Shown in pieces: positions 1-13,925 of a stretch of DNA of 64,000 bases (positions are counted from its first letter, which is position 1; every line of letters begins with the position of its first letter). The position numbers and the translations under genes were made by a program. The notes beneath the pieces were generated by a model. That model searched no databases. It was not told where the DNA came from and saw nothing but the letters and a program-made list of their open reading frames with translations. Origin of the DNA: Laetmonice hystrix (Eukaryota); contig OZ249436.1 in NCBI GenBank assembly GCA_965235115.1, positions 50,718,001 to 50,782,000 of the forward strand, given 5' to 3'.

Positions 1-2036
1 TTTCTATCCCCAAAGATCCTTTTAGCTGTGGGGGTTCGAGTGATATACGGCCGAGGTTTCGTAACCCTGACTAGATATCATAAATGTTTACCTTATGAAG
101 ATGCTTATAATGTGTCTGAGTTTGACCTATTTTCCGAGAAGTTAATGGTCGCTACCCCAGATGATTGGCCAACAGAAGAGTGAGATGATTTTTGTTAACG
201 TACACCGGTTCTTGAACCCATCTTACACCGGAAATAGACCCAGCCACTTCCGCCCATAATTCACCATGACGGCTGGTTTCGAGGAGCACGTGGAAGTGAG
301 TGAACCCGACCGCTGGTCGTAATCACAGCCTACGTCCAAACACCATGGATCCAAACCAGAATCTTATTACGCTACTTAACGTGATCAACGTCAGCGGCAG
401 GCACTGGAGATCACAATCCAGAGAGAAAAAAACTGGTTCCTGTTTCCCATCGTAATCCACATCCAGTCATCACGGTTTTATTCATGTAAAACTCTACAGA
501 TTGAAGAATAGTTCCTGAGGCGTGCATGTTACAATCTCCCGAGCACGTCTTACTCCGCGGTCATCGAGCCTAATGAACAGGCCCAATTAACCACCTTCAT
601 TTGATCACTCTAATTACTGACCGTGACGTAATCCTGTTTCCAGGCAATGGAGACAGTGACACGCGTGTGGAACTTGGACAAATTATTCTTTGAAAATAAT
701 AATGTAAATGTCATATCACCGGTGGATGTTCACGTGAATGAACTGGTACGAGCATTCTGTACATTACAGATGGAAAGGAAATATTATGGCCCGGGTTACA
801 AAGATGGCGTAAGATGTCATAACTCCTCTGATTCTAAGGCTAAAGATAGGATTAATGTGGCGAATATACCTGGCTTCAAGTAAATGTATCAGGCAAACGG
901 CTACCACATCCAACAGTTTTATGTGTTTGTTGGTATATAAACGAGGTAACACCTGTCGAGTATGTAAAGTTGTTTACCCTCTTGGTTGCACATCAGATTA
1001 ATAATTTCTCACCTCCGTCCCGTCTGTCCTGAAACAGTCACTGTCTGTCAGTGTTCTGGGACTTCACTGTGTTCCTCATGGAGTGAAAGGGAGGAAAAAA
1101 ACAACATTCATGGTGTGTGTAGGTTTTTTTTCGGGGTTCTACAACATATCCGGAGAGCAAAGGTAAATAGGTGAAAAAACGTTACAGGTATCACTCTGTG
1201 CGTTCATTTATAGCGTAGATGTTAGCAAGGTGAGGTGGGGGCCATCGTTCACACGGGCGGCAGGTGTGCTCAGGGTAAAGTGGGTTGGTGTGCCATGCCC
1301 AGACGATCACCAGGACCCACCTGTACCTGGACCACTCCTTCCCACACCCTCCATACCTCATCCCCGCCCAGCTGTTCATTCCCAACTCCCGACTCTTACC
1401 ACCCTGCCTAACTCTAACCCCCACCCTCACACCCACACCCTCATACCCACCCGGCAGGTATGGATTGCTCCCATCCTTACACAGGAGACCCTCAAGTTTC
1501 AAATACCTTAAGCGGACATGGGTCTGATGCAGCATCGAGCACTTCCAAACAAACACAGGAACACTCACTCCCGACTATCACGGCTTTCCGTCTTTTTCAT
1601 TTCATTTTCACTTCCAGAGTCTGTGATCAAAAAGCAATATTTATTTTTTATTTATTTATTTATTTATTTATTTATTTGCAAGCAAGTTATACAAATGAAG
1701 CATCCAGGTCTACGCCTATGTGCAGACTGCAGAGGAAAGATATAATGAAATGTTACATACATCCTTGATATATCACGACAACCAATTGACATAACTTATC
1801 AGAGATGGTCATCATTATCCTTGTATCCTCCGCGTAGTTTAACCATTTGACCGCGCCCATTCAGCCATGGGGGTTGGCGTTACTGTAGAATAACAAACCT
1901 AGTGAATCGGAATAACGACACCATCAGTATTTGGTGTCGTGAGGCTATGCCTCAGGGATCCATGTTCTATGAGGCGATGTTAACGTAAGTAGCATGTCAG
2001 CACATATTGTCTAAGCCTAATGTGCTTCTATTCGAT

Positions 2037-2610
2037 CAACAACATCTTTGAAGTGCTAGTATAGGCCAACATTAACCTAAAACAACATCTTTGAAGCGTA
2101 AGTATAGGCCGACATTAACCTAAAACAACATCTTTGAAGTGCTAGTATAGGCCGACATTAACCTAAAACAACATCTTTGACGTGCTAGTATAGGCCGACA
2201 TTAACCTAAAACAACATCTTTGAAGTGCTAGTATAGGCCAACATTAACCTAAAACAATATCTTTGAAGTGCTAGTATAGGCCAACATTAACCTATAACAA
2301 CATCTTTGAAGTGCTAGTATAGGCCGACATTAACCTATAACAACATCTTTGAAGTGCTAGTAGGCCTATAGGCCGACATTAACCTAAAACAACATCTTTG
2401 AAGTGCTAGTATAGGCCAACATTAACCTAAAACAACATCTTTGAAGTGCTAGTATAGGCCAACATTAACCTAAAACAACATCTTTGAAGCGCTAGTATAG
2501 GCCGACATTAACCTAAAACAACATCTTTGACTTGCTAGTATAGGCCAACATTAACCTAAAACAATATCTTTGAAGTGCTAGTATAGGCCGACATTAACCT
2601 AAAACAACAT
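2037..2610. repeat. Minisatellite, 43-bp unit, ~13 copies
   Basis: Unit caacatctttgaagtgctagtataggccRacattaacctaaaa repeats with period 43. Confidence 0.95.
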
Positions 2611-2876
2611 CAAAGCTGACCAGAACAGACCAAACTTTATAAAAAGCAAGTTAAATACGCCCGTGCATTTAAAAAGAAAATCACTTATAATACAACCCCA
2701 CCACAATGTGTGTTAAACGTTTTGTTCCATTATACTTGCCTGAAAGAAATATAGAATTAAAATTGTAATAATTATTGTACAGGTGTTAACTGGCAATTTA
2801 AAGGCTACCGGAAGTTTAAAAAATCAGTTACGAAATGTCGTCGTCCATTGATTTGATCGGTAACAGCGCGACGGTC

Positions 2877-3147
2877 TGTTCCGGATAGATATGTCCGAAC
2901 GGAAATTGATAAATCCGCAAATATCAGCTAGATGTGTCCAGTAATCCGGATATGTCCGCAAATATCAGCTAGATACGTCCGGTAATCCGAATATATCCGC
3001 AAATATTAGCTAGATGTGTCCGGTAATCCGGATATGTCCGCAAACATCATCTATAGATGTGTCCGGTACCGGACACATCTAGCTGATGTTTGCGGACGTA
3101 TTTCCTATTGGACATAACTAGCCGTTCGGACGTATCTAGCCGGAACA
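2877..3147. mobile_element. Palindromic MITE-like element with internal ~42-bp tandem repeats
   Basis: Ends tgttccggatagatatgtccgaacgg / ccgttcggacgtatctagccggaaca are inverted. It contains a perfect palindrome tagatgtgtccggtaccggacacatcta (~3054-3081). Confidence 0.65.
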
Positions 3148-3437
3148 AGGTCTCTATACTACACGTGAACTTCCAAACCACGTGCACGGGGCGAGTAATT
3201 AGTGCGTCCATTTAAGATACTTGGTGGCCGTGAGAAAGTGCAGGTGGCGGCCGTCCAAAGACGAAACCCCTGACGGTAGGATTAATGACCGAACCAGACG
3301 TGTTTCCTCATACTAATGGGTCAAGACACATGTCGGTCCGCTCTGGGTGACATCAAAAGGCAACATGGAGGGTACGTTATACAAATCACACCAGGTGGCG
3401 TGGTGTGCTGGTGACCCCATTCATAGTCTCAGTAAAC

Positions 3438-4950
3438 CAGGTATGTAACAGTAAAACCTTTCCGCCGGGAACTCGCACAAAACATACCGGACAGGTATGT
3501 AACAGTAAAACCCTTCCTCCGGGAACTCGCACAAAACATACCGGACAGGTATGTAACAGTAAAACCCTTTCCCCGGGAACTCGCACAAAACATACCGGAG
3601 AGGTATGTAACAGTAAAACCCTTCCGCCGGGGACTCGCACAAAACATACCGGACAGGTATGTAACATTAAAACCCTTCCGCCGGGACTCGCACAAAACAT
3701 ACCGGACGGGTATGTAACAGTAAAACCCTTCCTCCGGGAACTCGCACAAAACATACCGGACAGGTATGTAACAGTAAAACCCTTCCCCCTTGAACTCGCA
3801 CAAAACATACCGGACAGGTATGTAACAGTAAAACCCTTCCGCCGGGGACTCGCACAAAACATACCGGACAGGTATGTAACAGTAAAACCCTTCCGCCGGG
3901 ACTCGCACAAAACATACCGGACAGGTATGTAACAGTAAAACCCTTCCCCCGGGACGCGCACAAAACATACCGGACAGGTATGTAACAGTAAAACCCTTCC
4001 CCCGGGAACTCGCACAAAACATACCGGACAGGTATGTAACAGTAACACCCTTCCGCCCGGGACGCGCACAAAACATACCGGACAGGTATGTAACAGTAAA
4101 ACCCTTCCGCCGGGGACTCGCACAAAACATACTGGACAGGTATGTAACAGTAAAACCCTTTCGCCGGGAACTCGCACAAAACATACCGGACAGGTATGTA
4201 ACAGTAAAACCCTTCCGCCGGGGACTCGCACAAAACATACCGGACAGGTATGTAACAGTAAAACCCTTCCGCCATGAACTCGCACAAAACATACCGGACA
4301 GGTATGTAACAGTAACACCCTTCCGCCCGGGACGCGCACAAAACATACCGGACAGGTATGTAACAGTAAAACCCTTCCGCCGGGAACTCGCACAAAACAT
4401 ACCGGACAGGTATGTAACAGTAACACCCTTCCGCCCGGGACGCGCACAAAACATACCGGACAGGTATGTAACAGTAAAACCCTTCCGCCGGAGACTCGCA
4501 CAAAACATACCGGACAGGTATGTAACAGTAAAACCCTTCCCCCGGGGACTCGCACAAAACATACAGGACAGGTATGTAACAGTAAAACCCTTCCGCCGGG
4601 GACTCGCACAAAACATACCGGACAGGTATGTAACAGTAAAACCCTTCCGCCGGGGACTCGCACAAAACATACCGGACAGGTATGTAACAGTAAAACCCTT
4701 CCCCCGGGGACTCGCACAAAACATACCGGACAGGTATGTAACAGTAAAACCCTTTCGCCGGGAACTCGCACAAAACATACCGGACAGGTATGTAACAGTA
4801 AACCCCTTCCGCGGTGAACTCACACAAAACATACCGGACAGGTATGTAACAGTAAAACCCTTCCGCCCGGGACGCGCACAAAACATACCGAACATACCGG
4901 ACAGGTATGTAACAGTAAAACCCTTCCGCCCGGGACTCGCACAAAACATA
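3438..4950. repeat. Minisatellite, 54-bp unit, ~28 copies
   Basis: Unit caggtatgtaacagtaaaacccttccgccggggactcgcacaaaacataccgga. It explains the spurious 18-aa-repeat ORFs. Confidence 0.97.
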
Positions 4951-6009
4951 GGTCCTAGCGGGCAACTTCAGCTGCTCTACAGTCGCTCACACAATTCTAG
5001 GCGTGGTCGCTATATTTCAACCTAAGAAAAACAAAAACTAACGGAATTATACTCATCATGCTGGTGATAATGCGAGGGAAGGAATCGACCCTCGTTTCCA
5101 CGTTTCCCATACTAGGATGTACACCTGAGGATGTATGGGTCATTGATCTAGACCATGAAACGTGTTCAAAATCATATTCTGGGATCGATACTCTGGTTTT
5201 AGAGTCGCAAGAGATGCCATATCTGACATAGATCTCACCAAGTGATGGAGAGTGTTTGTGGCCCCGGGAAACACTTGAGAGATGAGAGGGTTGACCACTA
5301 ACTGCTGGTCGGTACCGCCTGCCGACCTCCGCTCACCTCGGGTAGTTAGGTTTAAACACAAGTGGCCATCCTCATCACAGGTCAATGTTTACGTCCACCA
5401 CGCTCGTCCCGCCAAAAGGTGTCGTCTGCTGGTCGGGGTCAAGAGGTCATCAGTGAAGGTCTCACTGCGAGCAGAGCCTCCCAGGTGAACGTACCGTGTC
5501 TGACGTGAACTTTCAGCCATGTATTCCAGGAACTCGTATCATCTGAACAAGTACGCTATAAACAACACGACCAATTAGTGACACCTGATGCACCGTTTTT
5601 TAAATCCATGTCCTCGATATGGGCCACTGTCGGTCGCCAATAAAACAGTTTATTCCACTCCCATATCCACGACCAGTCTCCCGACAACATTTCAAACCTA
5701 TCACCAGTTTTATACAGAACACGATCTGTGATGTGATCACCTTTGATTCTACCAGAATCTTTGACCAGGTCAGCTCTTGCTTAGATGTTGAAGATTGGGA
5801 CCAACGAGAGGGTATTTAAAGGTCAAGCCAGTGTCACTCAGGGTAGGGCCACCCGTACCATAGTTTCCGGGTCCGAGTTACTTAGCGGGAAACTTTTCTA
5901 GCCCGAGGCTATCTACTTAGGCAGAGATAGAAACCACAACACACGTGGTAGGGCGTGGGCCCTGTACCCCATTAATGGGGTAGTTAACGGCAACGTGGTG
6001 GGGGCGCTT

Positions 6010-6098
6010 TGTCTCTGTCTGCCTGTCTCTCTCTCCCTCTCTCTTTGTCTCTGTCTGTCTGTCTGTCTGTCTGTCTATCCCTCTCTCTTTGTCTCTGT

Positions 6099-6192
<94 letters not shown>

Positions 6193-6197
6193 CTCGC
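6010..6197. repeat. (CT)n / (CTGT)n microsatellite
   Basis: Long pure CT run at ~6102-6182, preceded by CTGT repeats. Confidence 0.97.
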
Positions 6198-6847
6198 TTA
6201 GCATTTGTGACGCCTTTGGAAATACGATACGATACAAAATTGATTTAAAAGATTTAACCGAAATGGAAAGGTTGAATATGAGCGATTATTTTTGTATTTT
6301 TTAATGATAATAGTGAAACAGGATAATACACTGCGCTCCAGCTGCAAAACAATATCACCGATGTCGTTCAAGCGCAATGACAACAAAAGCAACACACTAC
6401 AAATCTCAATTTGATTTGCAGTTTGATTTGCATGGAATAGAAGATAAAAAAATCTCTGGACGTCCTAACGTAGGGCCTACAAAAGTTATGAGCCCTCAAA
6501 TCATGTAATGCTATAGAGACAAAACGAGCTCGCGTGGGCCGGACTGCTGTCCGGCGCCGAGAAACATTGAAGTACTGGCCGCGATGTTCTCTGAGTTGCT
6601 GCATGGTGGCAGCACTATACAAGTGTCACAGGCGGTGATGTTTGCGCCCTCTTTCGACATAATATAGAACGATGATTACAGGTATCTCGCCAGGTGGCGT
6701 GATGTCGCCGGAGCCCCATCGAGGGAAATTTCAATTGACGCGATGAACTCTGTTGTAACTCCCTCTGTAATAATCAGGAATTAGTCCTACGCTTTCTTTC
6801 TCCAAAGGTTCATACATGAATCTAGGGGAAGCCCAAGCATCAGAACC

Positions 6848-7444
6848 CAGGCCCTGGTTTTTAGTTTGCAAACCGAGTCTTACGATTCAAATCTTAAAGG
6901 GGCAGCCACGGTATAAGCAGGTTGGGGGGCACATGTTCACACCCCTGCTATCCTTACTGGTGTACACAGCTCTCGGTTATAATTGCTAATATCTTTGTCC
7001 CATCTTCTTATCTAAAGATGAAATTTATTAAATATATGAATACATGAGTAATGTAATAAATAACTCACTGTAATTTCAAGATGTCTCAAAACACGTGTTT
7101 TAGATAAATATATCCAACTTGTAAAATACGTTAGGTTTGAAATTCTAGAGTGAGCTGTCAATCACTCGGGTGAACGGGGTGATGGTAGTGCAAAATCTAG
7201 TGCAGAGTGGAGGCTCCAAGCCCACTAGCTCCTCCCTTCTCCTTATCTTACCCTGGGTCACGACCTGTCCTAGATGGGTAGGCCTACCCACCGTAAATGG
7301 GGCTTTAAGATTGAACTCTTGTTTCAGAGAGCTCTTCTGATTGGTCCTTCAAATGAAGTCAGCCAATGAGAGACCATAACTCAAGTCAGTATTAAAATTT
7401 CAGTCTTAAGATTGTTAAAATGACGAACTAAAAACCGGGGCCTG
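6848..7444. mobile_element. Non-autonomous DNA transposon (MITE), possibly PIF/Harbinger-type
   Basis: Terminal inverted repeats caggccctggtttttagtt / aactaaaaaccggggcctg; no ORF. Confidence 0.55.
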
Positions 7445-10350
7445 CAGTATTACCGAGGGCTTTCTTGTGGTTGTTTTGGTTTTTTTTTGTTTTGTAGGCC
7501 TATTTGTTGAGGGGTTTTGTGGTATAATTTCCCTCCAATGCCCTCTACAGGCATAGGCTATATCATAGGCAATGTGAACCAGTACCGTAGATAATCTTCC
7601 TACCGTCTGGTCTAGATCTGCCTCTCACTGATCGTATTGCTGTAGTTTCACTATTATGTTTCACTTCCTCCCGATTTTACGCGTACAACCCGACCTGTTT
7701 CACCATCATCAAGTCGTTTCCTGAAGTCGTAAATCCCAGATAATCTTGTATTTCTCCCTTTTTGCCGCCAGGACATGGTCAATCTGCCACTTGAAATTAG
7801 CGTTACAGTTCCTGTCCGGCAATTTTAGTTGACCTCTACTGTGGCTACATGATCACAGTGATCATTTTACTTGTGGCGTGGCCAGCAAAGTTTCCTGCCT
7901 GCCTGCCTACACTGGCTGCACGAAACTCAGTGGAAATAAAATTTATTTCCTTAAATAGGCCTATCTCTAATATGCCCTACTTTGATATAAAACGTATTTC
8001 ACTTTTTGCGCCTTAATTTTTTTTAAGGAAACAAAAAAGATCACGGATCGTGTACACACAGCCCAGAGGGCACACTGCACAGTTGATCTAATGTTGCTAT
8101 GCGGCAAACGTAGGCCTACGTAGTAGTTTTGGCGTAGGCCTAGGCCTACCTTTCGCGGCCACGTTTCCAACACCACCTGAATGGCTGGAATGTCGCCATT
8201 GATGTTCTAACGTATTTTACATGTTTAAACATCCAGATAGCTCAGTTACAACCAGCGTTTCTTCTATAAAGTCGAGGTTATTAAATCTTTTCTTCGTGGA
8301 ATGAATAAAAACCGGCCGGGACACGGTACATGCTGTCAAAGAACTTTGGCCTCTGACGTTATTTGATGTTGTCCACCGCACGGCGCTGCGGTGGAGTGCT
8401 ATCTGTGCAGGGCTCTCACAGAGGGCGCTCTGTGTTATAAGGACTCGGCTCACCCTCGACTGACTTCGTCCAGTCGGCGCTACCTCGACAGATGGCAGAT
8501 CATGTCTCGGCCGTAATCGTCAGGTCGCCATTTTTGAAAGTAGTCACACAACAAAACGCACCCATGTGGTTTCCACAGCTGCCATCTTGGCCTTTGTCGC
8601 TATAAAAAAATTCTAGCGGGTGTTTACGGAAGGAATCTGCCGACGGTGATCAGAGTTATGTGAAATAACGTCCTCCTTCATATCTCGCCTAGACTAGTTG
8701 CCTCGCCAGTTTCCGAGCGCTTAGCGCTAGCAGCACTGTGCGTGCCCGTGTCGCTGCTGTCGGCTGGGAGTGTTGTCAATGTGTTGAGTGTGGGCGGTAC
8801 GTGTGGCCGACGATAGGACGAATGGAGGCATAAGCCATTTCCGAGTTGAGCATGTTTCTCTCTGTTTTGGTTGGCCTGCCGCGACTTTCCTTTGGTTATA
8901 GGACAGTATTCAAGTGCATAATGCAAACACTCATCAACCGCTGCCATTACGCTGTAGGGATTACTTGGTCAGCGCGCATTGTGTCCCCCTGCCTGCTCAC
9001 TCAGTGTTCATTCGCGCCGCATCACAAAGTCACACAAATCTGTCCATTACACCCGAGGTGAAAATCCGAACCCAGCGGAAGCTGGCGGATTTTCCCGAGG
9101 GTTCCCGAATGTGACTTCCTCATGTTTCGGCTATACGACGGAGGTCGCCATGTTGGGGGTTCGGTTCGGTGGGTGGCTAAGTCAGGATTAGTGGCCCGGA
9201 TGTAGACAACAAACTCCCGTGGTGCCGCCGTGCAGAAAATGGAGAACTCCCTAGATACTTAGCCTGTGTCAAACTTTACAGAGTTCGAATATCTGCATGG
9301 TTTGCTTGCAGGTGAAGAAGAGAATGTTTTGTCTCCACGGTAGAAAATTTGAGAAGGTATAGGCCTAGGTATGTTGAGACATTAGATTTGAACTTACTAG
9401 ACTCTGACTGTGAATAGGGGGAAATTCGACTATTTAATGCTCGTCTATTCATGCGCGATGCCGCTTCACACGACTTTGCGCAAATCCTGAGGAAATGGCC
9501 GCTTCATACATCCGAGGCCTGGTTCGCCTCCGGATATGACCTAAATACAGCCAATCAGAAGCAGCGTCGGTGTTCCGAGTAGGGTATAAGCAGTTGGCCA
9601 TACTCACCAGGTGGCGCCAGTTATTTTACGGAATGCGAGGGAGCGCGAGTGTGGCAGTTGACTGGTACCCCGAGCGATCCGATATTGGGGCTGGTTTCGG
9701 TCGCCTGTTTCACATCAAGATGTCGCCACAATCGTATACCCTCGAAATTTGGCGCGTTTCCCTGCCAAGTGTGATGTAACTAAAGGATTAAACATAAAAA
9801 ATCGAGTTGTAATTTTTGCAGAAGTGTTTTACAACTATATGTATCTTTATTATATGCGCATTCCATCTAGCAGTGCCATTCAGGGGGGTGCCATACGGTA
9901 GTCCGTAAGGAACGCGTGTTCCATACGGACTGATTTGCATGGACCTTACACGTTCCGAGGTGACGTTACCTCTGAGGTCCTATTATCGAAGCAAGGAGTT
10001 TGCGTAGAAATAAGAGCGCCGCCTAGGTCTACCTCACCGAGTGAGCAGGGGGATTTTATCTCCCGTTTGTTTCTAATCTCAAACATTAGAGAGTTCCAAT
10101 AAGCCGGTACGAAAAAATAGGCCCTACGGCTCGCTCTCACATACAGGTGGAAGCCAACCCTTACGCTCGGCTCACGCCCAGCTAAGCTGGTCTCGGACCT
10201 AGCAAGGCTGACACATTGCCCAGTTCAGCCATTTCAACTGTGGAACAGGATTTAGTTTTCGTTAATAACAGTGCCTGGCTATAGGTGTCACTGTGAGTGG
10301 ATGTCTGAGTGGTCCGCGTGGTTATGTCAGGAGAACCACGTGTGGCACTC

Positions 10351-12624
10351 CGCACTCATTCACTCTCTGACCACTCCGGACCACCACGTCCACAGCCTGG
10401 ACGTGCTTACTGCACGTGTTTACTGCACTCATTCACTCTCCGACCACTCCGGACCGCCACGTCCACAGCCTGGACCTGTTTACTGCACTCATTCACTCTC
10501 CGACCACTCGGGACCACCACGTCCACAGCCTGGACGTGTTTACTGCACTAATCACTCTCCGACCACTCCGGACCACCACGTCCACAGCCTGGACCTGTTT
10601 ACTGCACTCATTCACTCTCCGACCACTCCGGACCACCACGTCCACAGCCTGGACCTGTTTACTGCACTCATTCACTCTCCGACCACTCCGGACCACCACG
10701 TCCACAGCCTGCGACCTGTTTACTGCACTCATTCACTCTCCGACCACTCGGGACCACCACGTCCACAGCCTGGACGTGTTTACTGCACTAATCACTCTCC
10801 GACCACTCCGGACCACCACGTCCACAGCCTGGACCTGTTTACTGCACTCATTCACTCTCCGACCACTCCGGACCACCACGTCCACAGCCTGGACCTGTTT
10901 ACTGCACTCATTCACTCTCCCACCACTCCGGACCACCACGTCCACAGCCTGGACGTGTTTACTGCACTCATTAACTCTCCGACCACTCCGGACCACCCGC
11001 ACGTCCACAGCCTGGACGTGTTTACTGCACTCATTCACTCTCCGACCACTCCGGACCACCACGTCCACAGCCTGGACGTGTTTACTGCACTCATTCACTC
11101 TCCGACCACTCCGGACCACCACGTCCACAGCCTGGACGTGTTTACTGCACTCATTCACTCTCCGACCACTCCGGACCACCACGTCCACAGCCTGCACGTG
11201 TTTACTGCACTCATTCACTCTCCGACCACTGGGGACCACCACGTCCACAGCCTGGACGTGTTTACTGCACTCATTCACTCTCCGACCACTCCGGACCACC
11301 ACGTCCACAGCCTGGACGTGTTTACTGCACTAATCACTCTCCGACCACTCCGGACCACCACGTCCACAGCCTGGACCTGTTTACTGCACTCATTCACTCT
11401 CCGACCACTCCGGACCACCACGTCCACAGCCTGGACGTGTTTACTGCACTCATTCACTCTCCGACCACTCCGGACCACCACGTCCACAGCCTGGACGTGT
11501 TTACTGCACTCATTCACTCTCCGACCACTCCGGACCACCACGTCCACAGCCTGGACGTGTTTACTGCACTCATTCACTCTCCGACCACTCCGGACCACCA
11601 CGTCCACAGCCTGGACGTGTTTACTGCACTCATTCACTCTCCGACCACTCCGGACCACCACGTCCACAGCCTGGACCTGTTTACTGCACTCATTCACTCT
11701 CCGACCACTCCGGACCACCACGTCCACAGCCTGGACGTGTTTACTGCACTCATTCACTCTCCGACCACTCCGGACCACCACGTCCACAGCCTGGACCTGT
11801 TTACTGCACTCATTCACTCTCCGACCACTCCGGACCACCACGTCCACAGCCTGGACCTGTTTACTGCACTCATTCACTCTCCAACCACTCCGGACCACCA
11901 CGTCCACAGCCTGGACGTGTTTACTGCACTCATTCACTCTCCGACCACTCCGGACCACCACGTCCACAGCCTGGACGTGTTTACTGCACTCATTCACTCT
12001 CCGACCACTCCGGACCACCACGTCCACAGCCTGGACCTGTTTACTGCACTCATTCACTCTCCGACCACTCCAGACCACCACGTCCACAGCCTGGACGTGT
12101 TTACTGCACTCATTCACTCTCCAACCACTCCGGACCACCACGTCCACAGCCTGGACGTGTTTACTGCACTCATTCACTCTCCGACCACTCCGGACCACCA
12201 CGTCCACAGCCTGGACGTGTTTACTGCACTAATCACTCTCCGACCACTCCGGACCACCACGTCCACAGCCTGGACGTGTTTACTGCACTCATTCACTCTC
12301 CGACCACTCCGGACCACCACGTCCACAGCCTGGACGTGTTTACTGCACTCATTCACTCTCCGACCACTCCGGACCACCACGTCCACAGCCTGGACGTGTT
12401 TACTGCACTCATTCACTCTCCGACCACTCCGGACCACCACGTCCACAGCCTGGACGGAGAGTGAATGAGTGCAGTAAACACGTCCAGGCTGTGGACGTGG
12501 TGGTCGGAGAGTGAATGAGTGCAGTAAACAGGTCCAGGCTGTGGACGTGGTGGTCGGAGAGTGAATGAGTGCAGTAAACAGGTCCAGGCTGTGGACGTGG
12601 TGGTCCGGAGTTTACTGCACTAAT
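10351..12624. repeat. Minisatellite, 60-bp unit, ~35 copies, ending in ~3 inverted shortened copies
   Basis: Unit gtttactgcactcattcactctccgaccactccggaccaccacgtccacagcctggacSt. 12455-12611 is reverse-complement with a 48-bp period. Confidence 0.97.
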
Positions 12625-13406
12625 TTCAGGACCTGTACGGTTCGGGCGGTACGGCTGAGAGATGTAACGTTTGGTGTATTTTTTTATGCACACGGGGAGT
12701 AGGCATCTTCCCCGTCTGTATTGGCACTTCATCACTAGGGAGTCCCTATTCTACCTCTGTCAATGGGGGGTTAGTTATCCCTCGCAAGAGTAATAGGCCA
12801 CGTGTGTGTGCAGAGTCTAAAGGTCCAGAATGTAGGTCTATATTATCATGGCCTTCCATTTCCATAGACTGTAAAGGATTCTATAGTCCCAACGTATTTA
12901 TTTATTTATTTATTGCTTCGTTCGTTCTTTCATTCATTCATTCAGTTATTAAATTATATAACACTATAGGCCTACTGATTCAACCGATCATTAACATATT
13001 TATTATTGAGATCAGGGACCTTTGAAAAGAAAAGAAAAGAAAAGGTTTACTGACAAATGGAAGATCGTAGCCTTGACGATAAGAAAGGTATTTTGTAATG
13101 TTTGAAGGTTTCGTGATACTGAATCATTGTGCAAGTGTTCTGAAAAACTTCTTTAATGTAAAGTAAAGTCTTAAGATCTAATTACATGTTGAATGATGAC
13201 GTTGTTTTATTAATAAGTAAAAGACGTTCTTGGTTTGCCTATAAACCTAAACCTATATATATATCCGGCCTCCATTTGTCGATGTACATGGGGTCACCGG
13301 CATGCCTTGTCAACACCGTATACTAGGCAGCATGACCTGGCAACCCTTCTCTGCCATTTAATGCTTTTTACGTGTTTTGATCGGAATATGCCCGCTGCGC
13401 CTCGGC

Positions 13407-13442
13407 TATATAGGAAGGTCCGTCCCAAAGTGGGGACCAGTC
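13407..13442 (+). promoter_or_regulatory. Putative TATA/Inr core promoter of ALDH
   Basis: TATATAGG at 13407 and Inr-like CCAGTC at 13437. A branch point and acceptor (CTCTGAC...GATAG, AG at 13907-13908) just before the ATG imply a non-coding upstream exon. Confidence 0.3.
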
Positions 13443-13925
13443 GGGCTGCCGGTGCCAGACGGCTACAGCACTGCTCAAGGGGATGAGAGTTTCTCGAGAT
13501 CTGGCGGATTCTAATCTTATACCTCCTGCAACCATCGGACGGAAACTTTATAACCCGTCCGTTCACTGGTCAACATCCTCCATCTCCCTCCATGCGAGAC
13601 ATACTTGTGTCCTGAACACATCACTCAACCGTATAGCAGGTCATGAACTTCTCATTCTCAACAAGCGCTGACCAGAAAGACAAACTGGTTTGTGGTGGAG
13701 TTTTTAGTTGTTCCATCAGACATTGCCATCGGTATCAGCGGTTTGGATACAGCAGTGAGGGTAAAGCTACGTCTTTCCTTTACACCAGTTGGCGGGAAGT
13801 ACCAGTTGTTTAACGTCTGTCACCGGCAGTGGCGGGCGAACCTCCCAGTTACCTGGCTAACTCACCCCCCGCCCGCCCCGACTCTCTACTTCGCTCTGAC
13901 CCCGATAGGTGCCTGAGTATCCAAC

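Noticed and set aside
3386..4965. Long ORFs (up to 506 aa) on both strands
   Set aside because: They coincide with the 54-bp minisatellite and are open in several frames, with frame-hopping at 1-bp indels. Not coding.
10271..12468. 653-aa and other repetitive His/Thr-rich ORFs
   Set aside because: Translation of the 60-bp tandem array, with multiple frames open and frameshifting indels.
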